Numbered from the whole stretch's first letter, positions 1 to 13,422 are shown. The stretch is 63,373 nt of DNA, filler included, from Octopus bimaculoides (GCF_001194135.2; 4 parts of 3 records of this genome joined end to end with filler, not necessarily neighbours in it), one strand, 5' to 3'. The notes: generated from the sequence alone by a model not told the origin. Made by a program: numbers and translations.

Positions 1-59
<59 letters not shown>

Positions 60-152
60 TACATACATACATACACACATACATACATGCATACATACAT
101 ACATACAAACATACATACATACATACATACATACATACATACATACATACAC
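1..152. repeat. (CA)n/(CATA)n compound microsatellite
   Basis: Directly visible. Confidence 0.97.
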
Positions 153-792
153 GTAGTAATTTTTTCCGGATTACTTCGGTAAGTTAACAGCGTTAGAATT
201 TAACTTTACTGAACATACCAACATAAATGTGGTTCGGTGTTTCTCCCATAATATCTATAATAATGACTTTATTTATTATCGAGGATACTGAAAATTAATC
301 TAAATCATCAACTCATATGTTTTTTTGTTTTCTCACCAAATATTTGACTAATATTTAGCTTTCTACTTTTCTGCAATATTGGTACGATAGTTCTTGCAAT
401 TATACTTAGTTATGTAAAATATATTGCCTTTCAATATATTTGTAGATGAATTTCTATTTCTCGCCTTGCTATGCATTTTTCTGCACTTCAGTTATATATA
501 AATCAGAAATGTATTCAGTTGATTGTCACGGCTAGGATTTATTTTTGTTATTTTTGTTTATAATTAGCAACTGAAATGCGAGTAATGTTTTAAGAAGTTA
601 AAAAAAAATAAAACAGAGAGAGACACTATTAAGAGTAAAATAAACAATGTATTTCAAATTACAAGGTTATGTAAAAGATCTATGATTCAAGCTCTTGTAA
701 TAAGCGACCAACAAAGTAGCTTATTTCTCGATCAATGCAGGGTATCCTCGTAGTATTCGATAAATATTAAGATTTTTATGACCTGCTTCTTT

Positions 793-1590
793 TTCTCTTT
801 TCTCTTTTACTTGTTTCAGTCATTTGACTGCGGCCATGCTGGAGCACCGCCTTTTTAGTCGAGCAAATCGACCCCAAGACTTATTCTTTGGACGCCTAGT
901 ACTTATTCTATCGGTCTCTTTTGCCGAACCGCTACGTTACGGGNNNNNNNNNNNNNNNNNNNNNNNNNNNNNNNNNNNNNNNNNNNNNNNNNNNNNNNNN
1001 NNNNNNNNNNNNNNNNNNNNNNNNNNNNNNNNNNNNNNNNNNNNNNNNNNNNNNNNNNNNNNNNNNNNNNNNNNNNNNNNNNNNNNNNNNNNNNNNNNNN
1101 NNNNNNNNNNNNNNNNNNNNNNNNNNNNNNNNNNNNNNNNNNNNNNNNNNNNNNNNNNNNNNNNNNNNNNNNNNNNNNNNNNNNNNNNNNNNNNNNNNNN
1201 NNNNNNNNNNNNNNNNNNNNNNNNNNNNNNNNNNNNNNNNNNNNNNNNNNNNNNNNNNNNNNNNNNNNNNNNNNNNNNNNNNNNNNNNNNNNNNNNNNNN
1301 NNNNNNNNNNNNNNNNNNNNNNNNNNNNNNNNNNNNNNNNNNNNNNNNNNNNNNNNNNNNNNNNNNNNNNNNNNNNNNNNNNNNNNNNNNNNNNNNNNNN
1401 NNNNATATATATATATATATATACATATATACGACAGGCTTCTTTCAGTTTCCGTCTACCAAATCCACTCACAAGGCTTTGGTCGGCCCGAGGCTATAGT
1501 AGAAGACACTTGCCCAAGGTGTCTACGCAGTGGGAATGAACCCGGAACCATGTGGTTGGTAAGCAAGCTACTTACCACACAGCCACTCCT
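793..1590 (-). mobile_element. tRNA-derived SINE family 1 (octopus OR-type/CORE-like), with internal TA tract and N-gap
   Basis: Minus-strand head ggagtggctgtgtggtaagtagcttgct...ccgggttca...ccttgggcaagtgtctt and tail actgaaacaagtaaaaga. Homologous copies at 9388, 11145, 15980, 18193, 36868, 37585 and 63133. Confidence 0.9.
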
Positions 1591-1966
1591 TCTTGTTAAT
1601 TAAACTGACAACTACTATCTGCATGCGCAGCACTAGTGTTATGGAGCAAAAGAAACAACCGCTTGTGTCCTCCATACTTGTTAGAAACGTTTCAATGGCA
1701 ACTGTACAATATGGAAATTGCAAACTTTCAATTTCTGTCTTTGCTAGTATGATTTCTAGATCTCCATAGGGATTTCGTCGTCTTATATACATAATGGAGT
1801 GACTTTACATTAAGGAGTGGAACCCACAGTTTCCTGTAAGACTGCCTCAATGGTCCCATTTGACAAAATGGAAAAGGCATTGCCTCGGAGGATAGTGAGG
1901 GTCCTGGAGACAGAGTTTGTCACAGGCTCGACTATGAACTTATCAGAGAAATATCAGTTAAATGTC

Positions 1967-2005
<39 letters not shown>

Positions 2006-2664
2006 ACTCTTCTTAAATAAAGAGTGACACATGCGACAATAAAAACCTTTGCATACGAAATANNNNNNNNNNNNNNNNNNNNNNNNNNNNNNNNNNNNNN
2101 NNNNNNNNNNNNNNNNNNNNNNNNNNNNNNNNNNNNNNNNNNNNNNNNNNNNNNNNNNNNNNNNNNNNNNNNNNNNNNNNNNNNNNNNNNNNNNNNNNNN
2201 NNNNNNNNNNNNNNNNNNNNNNNNNNNNNNNNNNNNNNNNNNNNNNNNNNNNNNNNNNNNNNNNNNNNNNNNNNNNNNNNNNNNNNNNNNNNNNNNNNNN
2301 NNNNNNNNNNNNNNNNNNNNNNNNNNNNNNNNNNNNNNNNNNNNNNNNNNNNNNNNNNNNNNNNNNNNNNNNNNNNNNNNNNNNNNNNNNNNNNNNNNNN
2401 NNNNNNNNNNNNNNNNNNNNNNNNNNGTGTGTGTGTGTGTAATTTCATTCTATTCTGCATAGGTTTTGGTTAACACATAATTGAATGAATGTATTTGTAA
2501 AAAAATCACACCATTACATAAACACAAACACACACACACACACACACACACACATATGTATACGCGTGTGTGTGTCAGTCTGTCTGTGTTAATGTGTATG
2601 CCTTATGAATATGTGTGAAAGAAGCGTTTTCTAATTAGATGGTACTTTCAATATCAAATCCATT

Positions 2665-3110
2665 TAAGGCGACGAGCTGACAGAATCGTTAGCATGCCGG
2701 ACAAACTGCTTAGCGGCATATTGTCCATCTTTACGTTTTGAGTTTAAATTCCATCGAGGTCGAATTTGCCTTTCATACTTTTGGGGTCGATAAAATAAGT
2801 ACCAGTTGAGCATTGAGTCGAAGTAAACAACTCACCCTCACCTCCGAAATTGCTGGCCCCGTGCCATAATTTGAAACTATTTAAACTCATTTAAGGGGGT
2901 GAGTTGGGAGAGCATGCCTCGCAAAATGCTTAGCAACGTTTCATACGTCTTTACGTTCTGAGTTCAAATTCCGCCGAGGTCGACTTTGCCGTTCATCGTA
3001 CCGAGTCGATAAAATAAATACCAGTCAACCACTAGGGTCGAGGTAATCGACTCACCCATGCACCAAACTTGCTGGCAATGTGCCAAAATTTTAAGTTTGA
3101 AATCAATATT
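2665..3110 (+). mobile_element. Two head-to-tail copies of SINE family 2 (MetaSINE-like central domain)
   Basis: Each has gagctgacagaatcgttagc...gagttcaaattcc...gcctttcat...gtcgataaaataagtaccag...gtcga. Confidence 0.88.
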
Positions 3111-4299
3111 AAGTTCATTTAATTACATAAAGAGTATAACAAATACTGCTGTACCAGAAGCAAGCTCCTGAAAATACAAATTTCAGTATATTATATTCCC
3201 TATTGTTCTTCATCTAAACCAGTAATGTGAATGATAAAAGCATAAACATCTTGATTATTATTTCCATGTGTCTAAAGTAAAGCCTTATGGCTGTGTAGTT
3301 ATGAAGGTTGCTTTGCAATACACGGTTTCTAATTTCACTGTAGGGCACTATAACCTCAGAACGACTAATTCTTTGTGCATGAATTTAGTAGGCACAAACT
3401 GTGTACAAGCTAGTCACGTAAGTACATACATACATACATACATACATACATACAAACATACATATATATATGACACGCTTGTGTAAAGCTATATATAATA
3501 GCGTGTAGAATAACGGCTTAAAAAAGGGGAAAAGATGGATGGAGTAAAGTGAAAAGCTGCGTTTGAGACTCGAACATACGCCTGTATCATTCAAAGAAAG
3601 TTCACACAGTATCAAATATAAATAATCACGCACGCGCACTCACTAAAACTATGAAAATTCTATCCTATCCTATGTTGCCTGAAGACCTTTGACTTCTAAC
3701 TTAACAGTGTAAAAATGTTAACGATATTTCAGATCCGTTTTCGCTACGAACAGCAGCAATGGAACGTGTTATTTTAAAAAATTAGTCAATCTACCATACA
3801 CGTGTACGCTGTTTTAAATAAACAATTATTTTGTTGTTGTAGTATCGGTTTTGAATTTGGGTAGCAGTAGTTATCATGAGAGGTGGTGGAATTCAGAAGC
3901 ATTTCATGTGAAGGGTGACATATATTTTGTGTTGCTATCCTATTTTGTTTTTGTTTTGTTTTAATTTTCAAATACATCTTTTCCTAGTAAGAATGAATAC
4001 ATCATAATAAACGTAAAATCAGCGTGAATCGTTGTTAGACGGAAATTTATATACGCCAATGTATTTGTTATGTTTACAGGATGGATTGTTTGTTTATTAG
4101 TGTTAAACCCAAATTTAGTATCCCTAACCTATGGGCATAGTAAGTTCGTTCATCAACGGACTGTTGTTACAATGATATGAACACCCTCTCTACTACCAAG
4201 GCAGGGATTTGCTGTAGATTTGTATTATTTTTTTCATCATTTTTTTTTTTAGGGAGGGGTGACCAATTAAAAGGACCTTCCTTGTTATTCTTTCGCATT

Positions 4300-4670
4300 G
4301 AATTACGTATGACAGATATACCAACAGACATGACAGGAGAGAGTGGTGTGGAATGGAATGAAGCGATGAAGAAATGCGTGGTGTGTGTAACAAGTGGCTG
4401 GAATGAGATGTTTGTAGTAACAGAGGTCTGGGGAAATGTAAAAGTAATTCTAACAGTAGTAATAACTGCAACGCGAAAGTCATTACTGATAGACTCGTTA
4501 GAGACGCTGACAAAATACTTTTCGAAGAAAGTATAGAGGTGGAACCACGAAAGTATATAAGTGGAACAAATTTCGGAAAGCATTTTGTCTGCTGAGGTCT
4601 AGTTTGTAGATGGACATTAAGAAAACGAAGTATACATGAATGGTGTGTGCAAGTAACGCAAGCTATATAC
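4300..4670 (+). mobile_element. Highly decayed RTE-like RT fragment
   Basis: Frameshifted remnants resembling RT motifs (RDADKILFEES near YADD; MDIKKTKY near the KT motif). Confidence 0.35.
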
Positions 4671-4835
4671 AGAAATGCTGTCGAAAAGCATTTTGCCCGC
4701 TAAGGTCAATTTTGTGTTTATTATTCCAGAATTGAAAATATAAAATACCAGTCAAGTACTGGAGTCCATTTAGTTGACGAACTCGCTCCTCTCAAATCTA
4801 CTAGCCTTGTGCTTATATTAGACGTAATTATTATC

Positions 4836-4981
4836 ACATGTTTACAGGCACTTCGTCTGTCCTTACGTACTGAGTGCAAATTCCGCCGGGGTCTATAAAA
4901 TAAGTACCGGTTGACCACTGAGGTTCATGTAATCGACTTACCCCCACCCCCGAAATTGCTAGCTTTGTGCCAAATTTTGAA

Positions 4982-5023
<42 letters not shown>

Positions 5024-5497
5024 TAGTTTTATTTTTATAACGTGCTTTCACTTCACTACCGAGCGCAGCTCTGTGCGCCTTGGGTATGTGCTGTGGTTTG
5101 CTGTGGTGCTCTTATGTTTACTGTATTGAAAGTGTTTTGCGTAGGATGTGTGCAGTACCCAGTAGTGCAATTTTCTGTATGTTATATATATTTGTAAGTC
5201 CTGCTATTTTTGTTATGTATTTGTCTGAATATTTTTTTTATTATACCTCAGGCACCTACTATGATAGGAATTGTTTCTGTTTTTAGATTCCACATTCAAG
5301 TTATCTCTATTTCCAGGTCTTTGTATTTTGAAAGTTTTTCCATTTCTTTTAGAGAAACGTTGTCATCTGCTGGTATTGATACATCAATTAGAAAGCATTT
5401 TTTTTCTTCATGATCTTTGACAACTATATCTGGTCTATTTGCCTTAATTTCTCTATCTGTGTGTATTGGCATATCCCAGAGTATGGTTGCTTTCTCG

Positions 5498-5571
<74 letters not shown>

Positions 5572-6043
5572 TACTGAAGGCAGTGAGCTAGCAGACTCTT
5601 TAGCACGCTGGACGAAATGCTTAGCGGTATTTCGTCTGCCGTTACGTTCTGAGTTCAAATTCCGCCGAGGTCGACTTTGCATTTCAACCTTTCAGGATCG
5701 CTAAATTAAGTATCTGTGAAACACTTGAGTCGATCTAATCGACTGGTCCCCTTCCTTAAAATTTCAGGCCTTGTGCCTGTAGCAGAAAATGATTATTATT
5801 ATTATTATCATTATTATTATTATTATTATTATTATTGAGTAGGTGTCGAGCTAGCAGAATCGTTAGCACGCCGGGCAAAATGCTTAGCGGCAATTCGTCT
5901 GTCATCATTTTCTGAGTTCAAATTCTGTTGAGGTCGGCTTTGCCTTTCATCCTTTTGAGGTCGATAAAATAAGTACCGGTTATACACTGCGGTCGATGTA
6001 ATCGACTTAACTCCTTCCCCAAAATTACTGCCCTTGTGGCAAA

Positions 6044-6094
<51 letters not shown>

Positions 6095-6500
6095 AATTAC
6101 GTATGGCTGATCGGTTAGAGCGTTTAACTCACGAAACATGAAATCATGAGTTCAGTTCCTAGGCCTCTCACAATGTGTTCATGTCAACATTTCAAAGCGG
6201 TGAGCTGGCAGGATCGTTAACACGCTGGAGGAAATGCTTAACGGTATTTCGCCCGTCGCTACGTTCTGAGTTGAAATTCGGCCGAAGTCGACTTAGCCGT
6301 TCATACTTTCTGAGTCGATAAATTAAATACCAGTCAAGTACTGGTGTCGATGTAATTGACCATCCCCTTCCCCTCAAATTCCAAGCCTTGTGCCTCTAGT
6401 AGAAAAAATTATCATTATTATTATTATTGAGAAGGTGGCGAACTCGCAAAATCGTTAGTACGTAGGGCAAATGCTTAGCGATATTTCGTCCATCCTTAAT
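4836..6500 (+). mobile_element. Stack of five family-2 SINEs (4836-4980, 5576-5791, 5837-6044, 6195-6408, 6429-6500) separated mostly by (ATT)n tracts
   Basis: Repeated SINE body in the same orientation. (ATT)n tracts at 4981-5020, 5503-5573, 5792-5836, 6043-6093 and 6409-6428. An extra tRNA-like head lies at ~6100-6190. Confidence 0.88.
5021..5502 (-). mobile_element. 5'-truncated RLE non-LTR retrotransposon (R4/Dong-like), 3' end, flanked by (TAA)n on both sides
   Basis: Minus ORF remnant KATILWDMPIHTDREIKANRPDIVVKDHEEKKCFLIDVSIPADDNVSLKEMEKLSKYKDL carries the PD..D..K RLE motif. It is followed by a 3' UTR and an (AAT)n tail. Confidence 0.9.
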
Positions 6501-6779
6501 TTCTAGACGAGCTCATCTTCATCGGAGCCCTCTTCGCTGCTTTCAGTGTAATCGGAAATGTGCCTCTAGAATCGGCCTTTTCAGCCATGAAAGGGCCTGC
6601 CAACGCCTTCAAGACAACCCCTAAGGATCAAAGACGACGTCGTCATCTGTCAAGATGGACTGCCTTAATCAAGTAAGCATATTACCCAGAACAAGTCAGT
6701 GGTCCTCGACTTAACTCTTAGTGAAACAAGTGCATGCTCTTGTTACATGATAGAGGGTCTAGTTAACGTGCTAGAGTTC

Positions 6780-7260
6780 ACCCGATAAAGAAATAAAGGC
6801 TGAGAAAAGGGTGGTTAGAATTTCTCAGATATGAGCGAAAGAAGCTTGCTTCATGGATCAAGCGAAATGACTAAAGACCAAATAGCTTCGCTGTATTACC
6901 ACGTGTTTGTCGTGCTTTGTTCCAGTAAGCAAATAATCAAAGTGGAGCGTATGATCTTTCGCTTCTGGTGGAAAGAATGGATTCCACTTAACTTGTGACA
7001 ATACTCACAATAGAGTCGCCTCCGAATAGTGTGGATAATATTTCACATGCGTGCCCTGAGTCTGATACATCTGCAGAGCGTCCTGGACAATGATGATGGA
7101 GGAGATATGGCAGAGTTCGTTGAATCTAACTTGCTGCGATCGGCTCACTTTGTCTCGAACAATCAATACTCTCTTGCAGTTCTGTCAGTGCAGGGATTTC
7201 TTGAAATTAACCACAGTCCATGTAACGGAAGTCCTCCAGACTATATCAATCGAACCGGGC
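6780..7260 (-). mobile_element. Decayed APE-endonuclease fragment (L1/Tx1-like)
   Basis: Interrupted remnants LQES, GRSADVS and LDYLL resemble APE motifs LQET, GRSAGV and IDYI. Confidence 0.3.
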
Positions 7261-7574
7261 CCCCATAGCACTCAGAGTTTCTTCGAGAACCTTTTTCCCA
7301 TCTCCAATTTAAACCTAATATATTGCTTTCAAATGTTGACACAGGGTCAGCAAAACCGTGGAGTGGGTAAATCGATTACATCAACCCCAGTGTTCAACTA
7401 GTAATTATTTTATCGACCTCAAAAGGACAAAAGTAGCTATCGGTTCTTCTATTATGTTAATTAATTACAACTGGCGGAAGAAAACGCCTTAGAATATTTT
7501 CTGATTTCAAATCTGACCAAGATCCGCTTTGCCTGCTATGCGGCTAACACCTGTAATTAGTAATACACTGCCAG

Positions 7575-7694
<120 letters not shown>

Positions 7695-8111
7695 TACGTA
7701 TGTATGCGCAGGAGACAAGATGCGTTTAAATGTAAGTTGTATACGTGCGTAAGTGAGAGAGGGAAAAGGGAAGTATGAAAGAGAAAACGAGAATACTGGT
7801 TCATAGTTGTTATTGTCATCCTATGCCATACAAACATCAACATGGTTCGGTGTTGGAGTGAAAATAAACGCTGAATTCATATGTACATGTATGTATACTA
7901 TGTATATATGTATACATGTATCTGCAACTTACTAGTTCGTACACACGAAAATAAACGCAAAAAGACGAGCACGTAAACACACATCTATCTATACATACAT
8001 AGAAATATATACATAGATTCACACATACATATATTTGAATGAACATACATACATGTATGTATATATGAACATATATTTATGTATATATGCATACATACAT
8101 GTACGAATATA

Positions 8112-8144
<33 letters not shown>

Positions 8145-8303
8145 NNNNNNNNNNNNNNNNNNNNNNNNNNNNNNNNNNNNNNNNNNNNNNNNNNNNNNNN
8201 NNNNNNNNNNNNNNNNNNNNNNNNNNNNNNNNNNNNNNNNNNNNNNNNNNNNNNNNNNNNNNNNNNNNNNNNNNNNNNNNNNNNNNNNNNNNNNNNNNNN
8301 NNN

Positions 8304-8342
<39 letters not shown>

Positions 8343-9101
8343 GTATGTATGTTTATATATATACATATATATGTGTATGTTTATGTGTGCATGTGTGTGT
8401 CTATGTATGTGTTCGTGTGTGCCTGTGTGTACGAGTATGATTGTATGTTTATACTATTTATGTACCCAGGAATGTATGTATATGTAATATATTACCAGAC
8501 GGTCAAAGGTTACAGTAGCGGCATACCAAAATCTTATTAGCCAAATATCTCGAATCAGTAACAACTTTGCCATACGTGGTTCTAAAACAAGTTTCAGGAA
8601 TTCAAGATAGTTAGAATGGGTGAGTTGTGGTGAGTGGAACCAAACATAAAGACAGATAAATCACTGGCATTTTTTCACTATGTAGTACAAACATACAATG
8701 TTTTAAATTAGTTAAACAGAATGGATATTCAGAAGACAAACAAAACATATAAAGGAATGAGTGAAAGACGGCAAAATAAGTTATATTTCAAGCTACGGAT
8801 AATGGAAATGAAGATAAAATGATAAAATGGTAATAAATTTAAATATTAAACAATATACGCAGAGCGGACATAGCGAATTTAAATTTAATTTCCAAACAGA
8901 ATTATGTGGTCTCTCATATCTTACAGTATTCTGTCAGTTTTATGCAATAAAATCATTTAACAAAATCATTTGCTTTTGCTTGTTTCTTTACGCTTGTGAA
9001 ATGTATTATCTCTCACTCTCTCTCCCTCCTTCTCTCTCACTTTCTCTTTCTCTTTCTCTCCAGACATACACATACTTGCAAATATATCTCTGTTATGTAT
9101 G

Positions 9102-9332
9102 TACGAGGATGGGCTGAAAAATGTCTGGCTTTGGGTAAAAGAACGCACAGGAGAATCAGTTAATACTGATTTTATCCAACATATGACCCTCTTCAGGTTC
9201 ACAGACTTTTTGCAGTGGTCCCTCAGTTTTATAAGAACTCTAGAACAGAACTTGGAAGGTTGGGCCTCCAACATGGCGTTTCGCGAAACCATTACATACA
9301 GGAATTTTTCAGCCCCCGCCCCATCCCTTGTA
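9102..9332 (-). mobile_element. Internally deleted mariner derivative (MITE-like)
   Basis: TA-flanked imperfect TIRs (TAcgaggatgggctgaaaa ... ttttcagcccccgccccatcccttgTA). The interior encodes a remnant of the mariner C-terminus (QPSKFCSRVLIKLRDHCKKSVNL). Confidence 0.7.
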
Positions 9333-9387
9333 AATACACACACACACACGTTCTCCGTCGGAGTGGGGGTCGTTTATCCTATAGGTT

Positions 9388-9720
9388 CAGGCGTGGCTGT
9401 GTGCTAAGTAGCTTGCTTCACAACCAAATGGTTCCGGGTTCAGTCTCACTGCGTGGCACCTTGGACATGTGTCCTCTTCTGTAGCCTCTGGTCAACTAAA
9501 GCCTTGTGAGTGTATTTCACAGTCGGAAACTGAAAGAGGCCCATCGTGTATACTTATACGTGTGTGTGTGTGCGTGTGCGTGTGTGTGTTTATATCAGTG
9601 TTTGTCCCCACTACCGCTTGACAACCGGTGTACTAGGGGCAATTCATTCGAATAAAAATTCTTCAGCGCGGTGCCCCAACATGACCGCAGTCTAATGACG
9701 GAAGCAACTAAATGATAAGA
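9388..9720 (+). mobile_element. SINE family 1 copy
   Basis: Head caggcgtggctgtgtgctaagtagcttgct; homologous to 793-1590. Confidence 0.88.
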
Positions 9721-10106
9721 TATATAGTACCTACTTGTGGATACACTCAAGCATATAAAACCAATAATGATAACATTAACTGTTAGTAGTATTAGTTTGG
9801 CTAAATGATACCACACCTATCTAGCAATCTGCAGACACCTGTTTCGATTCCTCAGATGATTGTTTTCAATTTTCTTTCCATCGGACGGATATTTTATCCA
9901 ATATATTATGAGCCACTATGTATAGCTCTGTCAGCATTTGATCAGCCTCCCCAATTCCCACTCTCTCTCTCCTCTTTCTCTCTCACTGTATATATATATA
10001 TATATATGCGTTTGTATAGTTATGTGAATAAACAAGTGTATGTAGGTACATAAATATATACATACATAAATATGCATATGTAGCTATTTCATAAATATAC
10101 ACCTTT

Positions 10107-10143
<37 letters not shown>

Positions 10144-10246
10144 CGCGCGCGCGTGTATGTGTGTGTGTGTGTGTGTGTGTGCACGCTTGTATTATGTGTA
10201 TAATGTGTATGAGTTTGCTCGTGTACCTGTGAATGTGTTTGACTAA

Positions 10247-10277
10247 AGGATAGATAGATAGATAGATAGATAGATAC

Positions 10278-10338
<61 letters not shown>
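10247..10338. repeat. (GATA)n microsatellite
   Basis: Directly visible. Confidence 0.97.
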
Positions 10339-10339
<1 letters not shown>

Positions 10340-10742
10340 TGTGTGAGTGGGTGAATGTGTGAGTGAGATACAGAGAGGGAGAGAGGCGAAATGGTGAGTC
10401 CTATAGGGAGACACAAAGTATGTTCGCATGGCGTGTATCTGCGTTAGTTGGAAATAAGAGTTTTCTTCGCAACTATGTTATTGATGTCAACATTTTACGG
10501 AATAAATATACGCACAAAAAGACCGATCCTTTTGAAATTTCTTTCCCGACAAGTTATTACTTGACAGCTAAACCATGAATCCTTGTTAACTAGTCCCCAA
10601 TAAATTGATAAAAACGAATCAAAGAAAGAAGCTCCATTATAGAAAGATATAAAAGTACTGAAAGCTATAAAGATTACTTTCAAGATGGATGTAACTTACA
10701 TTTGGACACTGGGAACATATGAAATGCATTTCCATGTTCATC

Positions 10743-10764
10743 AAGCAGCAGCAGTAGCAGCGGT

Positions 10765-10817
<53 letters not shown>

Positions 10818-10822
10818 TAGTA
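10743..10822. repeat. (AGC)n(AGT)n compound microsatellite
   Basis: Directly visible. Confidence 0.95.
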
Positions 10823-11144
10823 GTTGGTTAATATATGTAGAATCTCTTAGCTGTTGGTTCAAATCTGATATCCGTATCGACGTCACTTTATCGATAACGT
10901 AAAGCATTATATCATGCTGCTCTTATATAATTTTGAAGTACTAGTATCCGTTTTCTTATATTTTCAATAACGCTCATTCGGGTTTGTTGGTGTTGTTGTC
11001 GTTATTCTAGTTAAGCATTATGTTTTATACATCGCTTCTGAGCAGAATGCCATGAAACTAAAAGTCATATATCCACCGATCCTCCAATCTTTGTTTATAG
11101 ACAGTGTGTACTCCATATCATCGACATTCTATCCATATACATAA

Positions 11145-11460
11145 GCACAGGCGTGACTGTGTGGTAAGAATCTTGCTTTCTAACCACAAGGTTCTGGGTT
11201 CCCACCTAGGGCAAGTGTCTTCTATTATAGCCTCGGGCCGACAAAGTCTTGTGAGTGGATATGCTAAACGACAACTGAAAGAAGCCCGTCGTATATATAT
11301 ACGCGTATATTTGTGTATGTATATAAGTGTTTGCCCCCCCCCCCTATTATCACCTGACAGCCTGTGTTGGTATGTTTACGTCCACGTAATATAGCAGTTC
11401 GGCAATTGAGGCTGGTAGAATAAGTACTGGGCTTACAAAGAATAAGTCCTGGGTCTTCTA
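11145..11460 (+). mobile_element. SINE family 1 copy (runs into scaffold spacer)
   Basis: Head gcacaggcgtgactgtgtggtaagaatcttgct...gggcaagtgtctt. Confidence 0.88.
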
Positions 11461-11560
11461 NNNNNNNNNNNNNNNNNNNNNNNNNNNNNNNNNNNNNNNN
11501 NNNNTTAATTAATTAANNNNNNNNNNNNNNNNNNNNNNNNNNNNNNNNNNNNNNNNNNNN
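11461..11560. other. Artificial scaffold spacer (44 N + TTAATTAATTAA + 44 N)
   Basis: Identical 100-bp structure at 25507-25606 and 51197-51296. The 12-mer gives a stop in all six frames. Confidence 0.95.
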
Positions 11561-11573
11561 ATATATATATGCA

Positions 11574-11604
<31 letters not shown>

Positions 11605-12752
11605 GTATATATATATATATATATGCGTGTGTGTATGTGTGCGCATATGTATGCATGCATGTATGTTTATCATGAAGTGAGACAAAAATGCTGTCATTCT
11701 TCATTGACATTTGATAAAAATGTCTTCCTGCCGTTATCTCTGAAAGATATGATAGATTAAAATCATTGAATAGCCATGTCTGTACTATAGCAATTTCTCA
11801 GTGACTTCGTGCTTCGTGGCGACATATCTGAGTAGATAGAAAGAAAAAAGAAAGAAATGCTACAGTGTGACAGAATGTGTAAAAGAAGTGGAATATACAG
11901 GATGTTAAAGAAGGGAGAATTCAAATAGTAATAGTTAGTCGTTGGAGAACAGGAGTGAAAAAGTTATTGCTAAATGCAGTGAAAATTAAGGAACAGAAAA
12001 TGCTTGCATATGCAGATAGGGAGGATAAATACAATGAGTGAGTATGTGTATATCAGCATGTGAGATAGACAGATGTAAGGAGTCATACATTAGGTATCGC
12101 TTTAGAGTTCAATAGCAGGGGCGACACGCGCAGTTTGACCACTCAAATACCCATCTTTTGTTTTAGTTTAAACCTTAAAACAAACTCTTTAAGAACTCCT
12201 GGATGAAGGCGGAAAAAACATCATTTCTTACGGTTACTGAGATTGTATTGATATTATAATAAACATGGCTGCTAGAGATATATGAAAAACAATTTTATTA
12301 CTTAATACACTAGCAGTCTTCAGGAACATACATAAACACATAACCACTCATACACATTAAAACGCACAAACTCTCAAATACATCCTACACATTGTTGCCC
12401 GCTCATAGAAGAATACTTATTGTATGATTTAAGAAGATCGTTTCGCAAAAGATTTTGACTTGAACGCTAACAAAGCAAGTTTGGTTTTAGATGTACACCA
12501 ACGCCAATTGAGGAATCTAATCTAATGATAGAAAGTTGTTTTACAATGCTTCAGGTTCTTATCTAAACTGAATCATAAATAGAAATGCCATGTCGGTAGC
12601 CTCTTTAACAGGTTGATTGTCTCCAACTCCTAAATATATTCTATACTGAAACTCAAAATTAGTTATGTGCATAATGAATGTGTTTATATAATTACATCTG
12701 TAAACGGATATAAACACCTCAATACATACATACATACATACATACATACGTA

Positions 12753-12800
<48 letters not shown>

Positions 12801-13168
12801 TATATATATATATCATTATAATCACGGATAAAATCTATATAGCTCCTGTGCAGGGCACTTTTGAGGCATTCGACCCTACTACAGTGTGTAATAAAACTTA
12901 TTTCCGCAAATGTGTTAAGCACTGATGCTGACCATAGTTTAATCAATAAGCATAGGAGCGAGTTATATGCAGTAAAAATAGATGGGGGCAGTGGGGCTCT
13001 AATTAGGCTGTCCTTAAAAGAATAAAAATGAACCCCCTTGGGATTTGGGTAGTTGCTGGTTTGAGTTTCGTTGTCCTTGCACCAAAGGTCTAAGAAGAGT
13101 TAACGAACATAAACACGTAATGGACAGAGAGACATCACACAAATTTACATTAAAATAATTTTGATAAG

Positions 13169-13388
13169 GGCAACTACTGGGTAGCTCCACATGCTAGAAA
13201 TAGACGCTAAATGACTCTAAAACTACCGTATTTATCACATAGGCACGGGTTGAAAGCGAGGGAAATGAACAAAAAAGATCTTTTTTCTTCATTTCCCTCG
13301 TTTTTAGCCCGTGTCTATGTGACGAATAAGGTAGTTCTAGAGCCTTTTAGCGTCTATTTCTAGCATGAAGAGCTACCCAGTAGTTGCC
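13169..13388. mobile_element. 220-bp near-perfect palindrome (foldback MITE) with no spacer
   Basis: Arm ggcaactactgggtagctc...gagggaaatgaacaaaaaaga is mirrored around GATC at 13277-13280. Confidence 0.85.
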
Positions 13389-13389
13389 T

Positions 13390-13422
<33 letters not shown>

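Noticed and set aside
824-2473. Long ORFs spanning N-runs (also at 8035-8540, 13360-14034, 20191-20883, 32153-33051, 42318-42682, 53381-53842)
   Set aside because: They stay open only because Ns translate as X; the flanks are SINE or microsatellite sequence.
3343-3417. AG...GTAAGT exon-like interval (also ~16387-16437)
   Set aside because: Translations match no Rh exon or other known motif; consistent with chance splice-like sites.
6100-6190. tRNA-like A/B-box sequence (also the SINE heads elsewhere)
   Set aside because: No cloverleaf; these are SINE heads, not tRNA genes.
6505-6668. Open frame between AG and GTAAGC (ELIFIGALFAAFSVIG...)
   Set aside because: Poor polypyrimidine tract, abuts a truncated SINE, lies within a probable decayed LINE, and has no recognisable homology.
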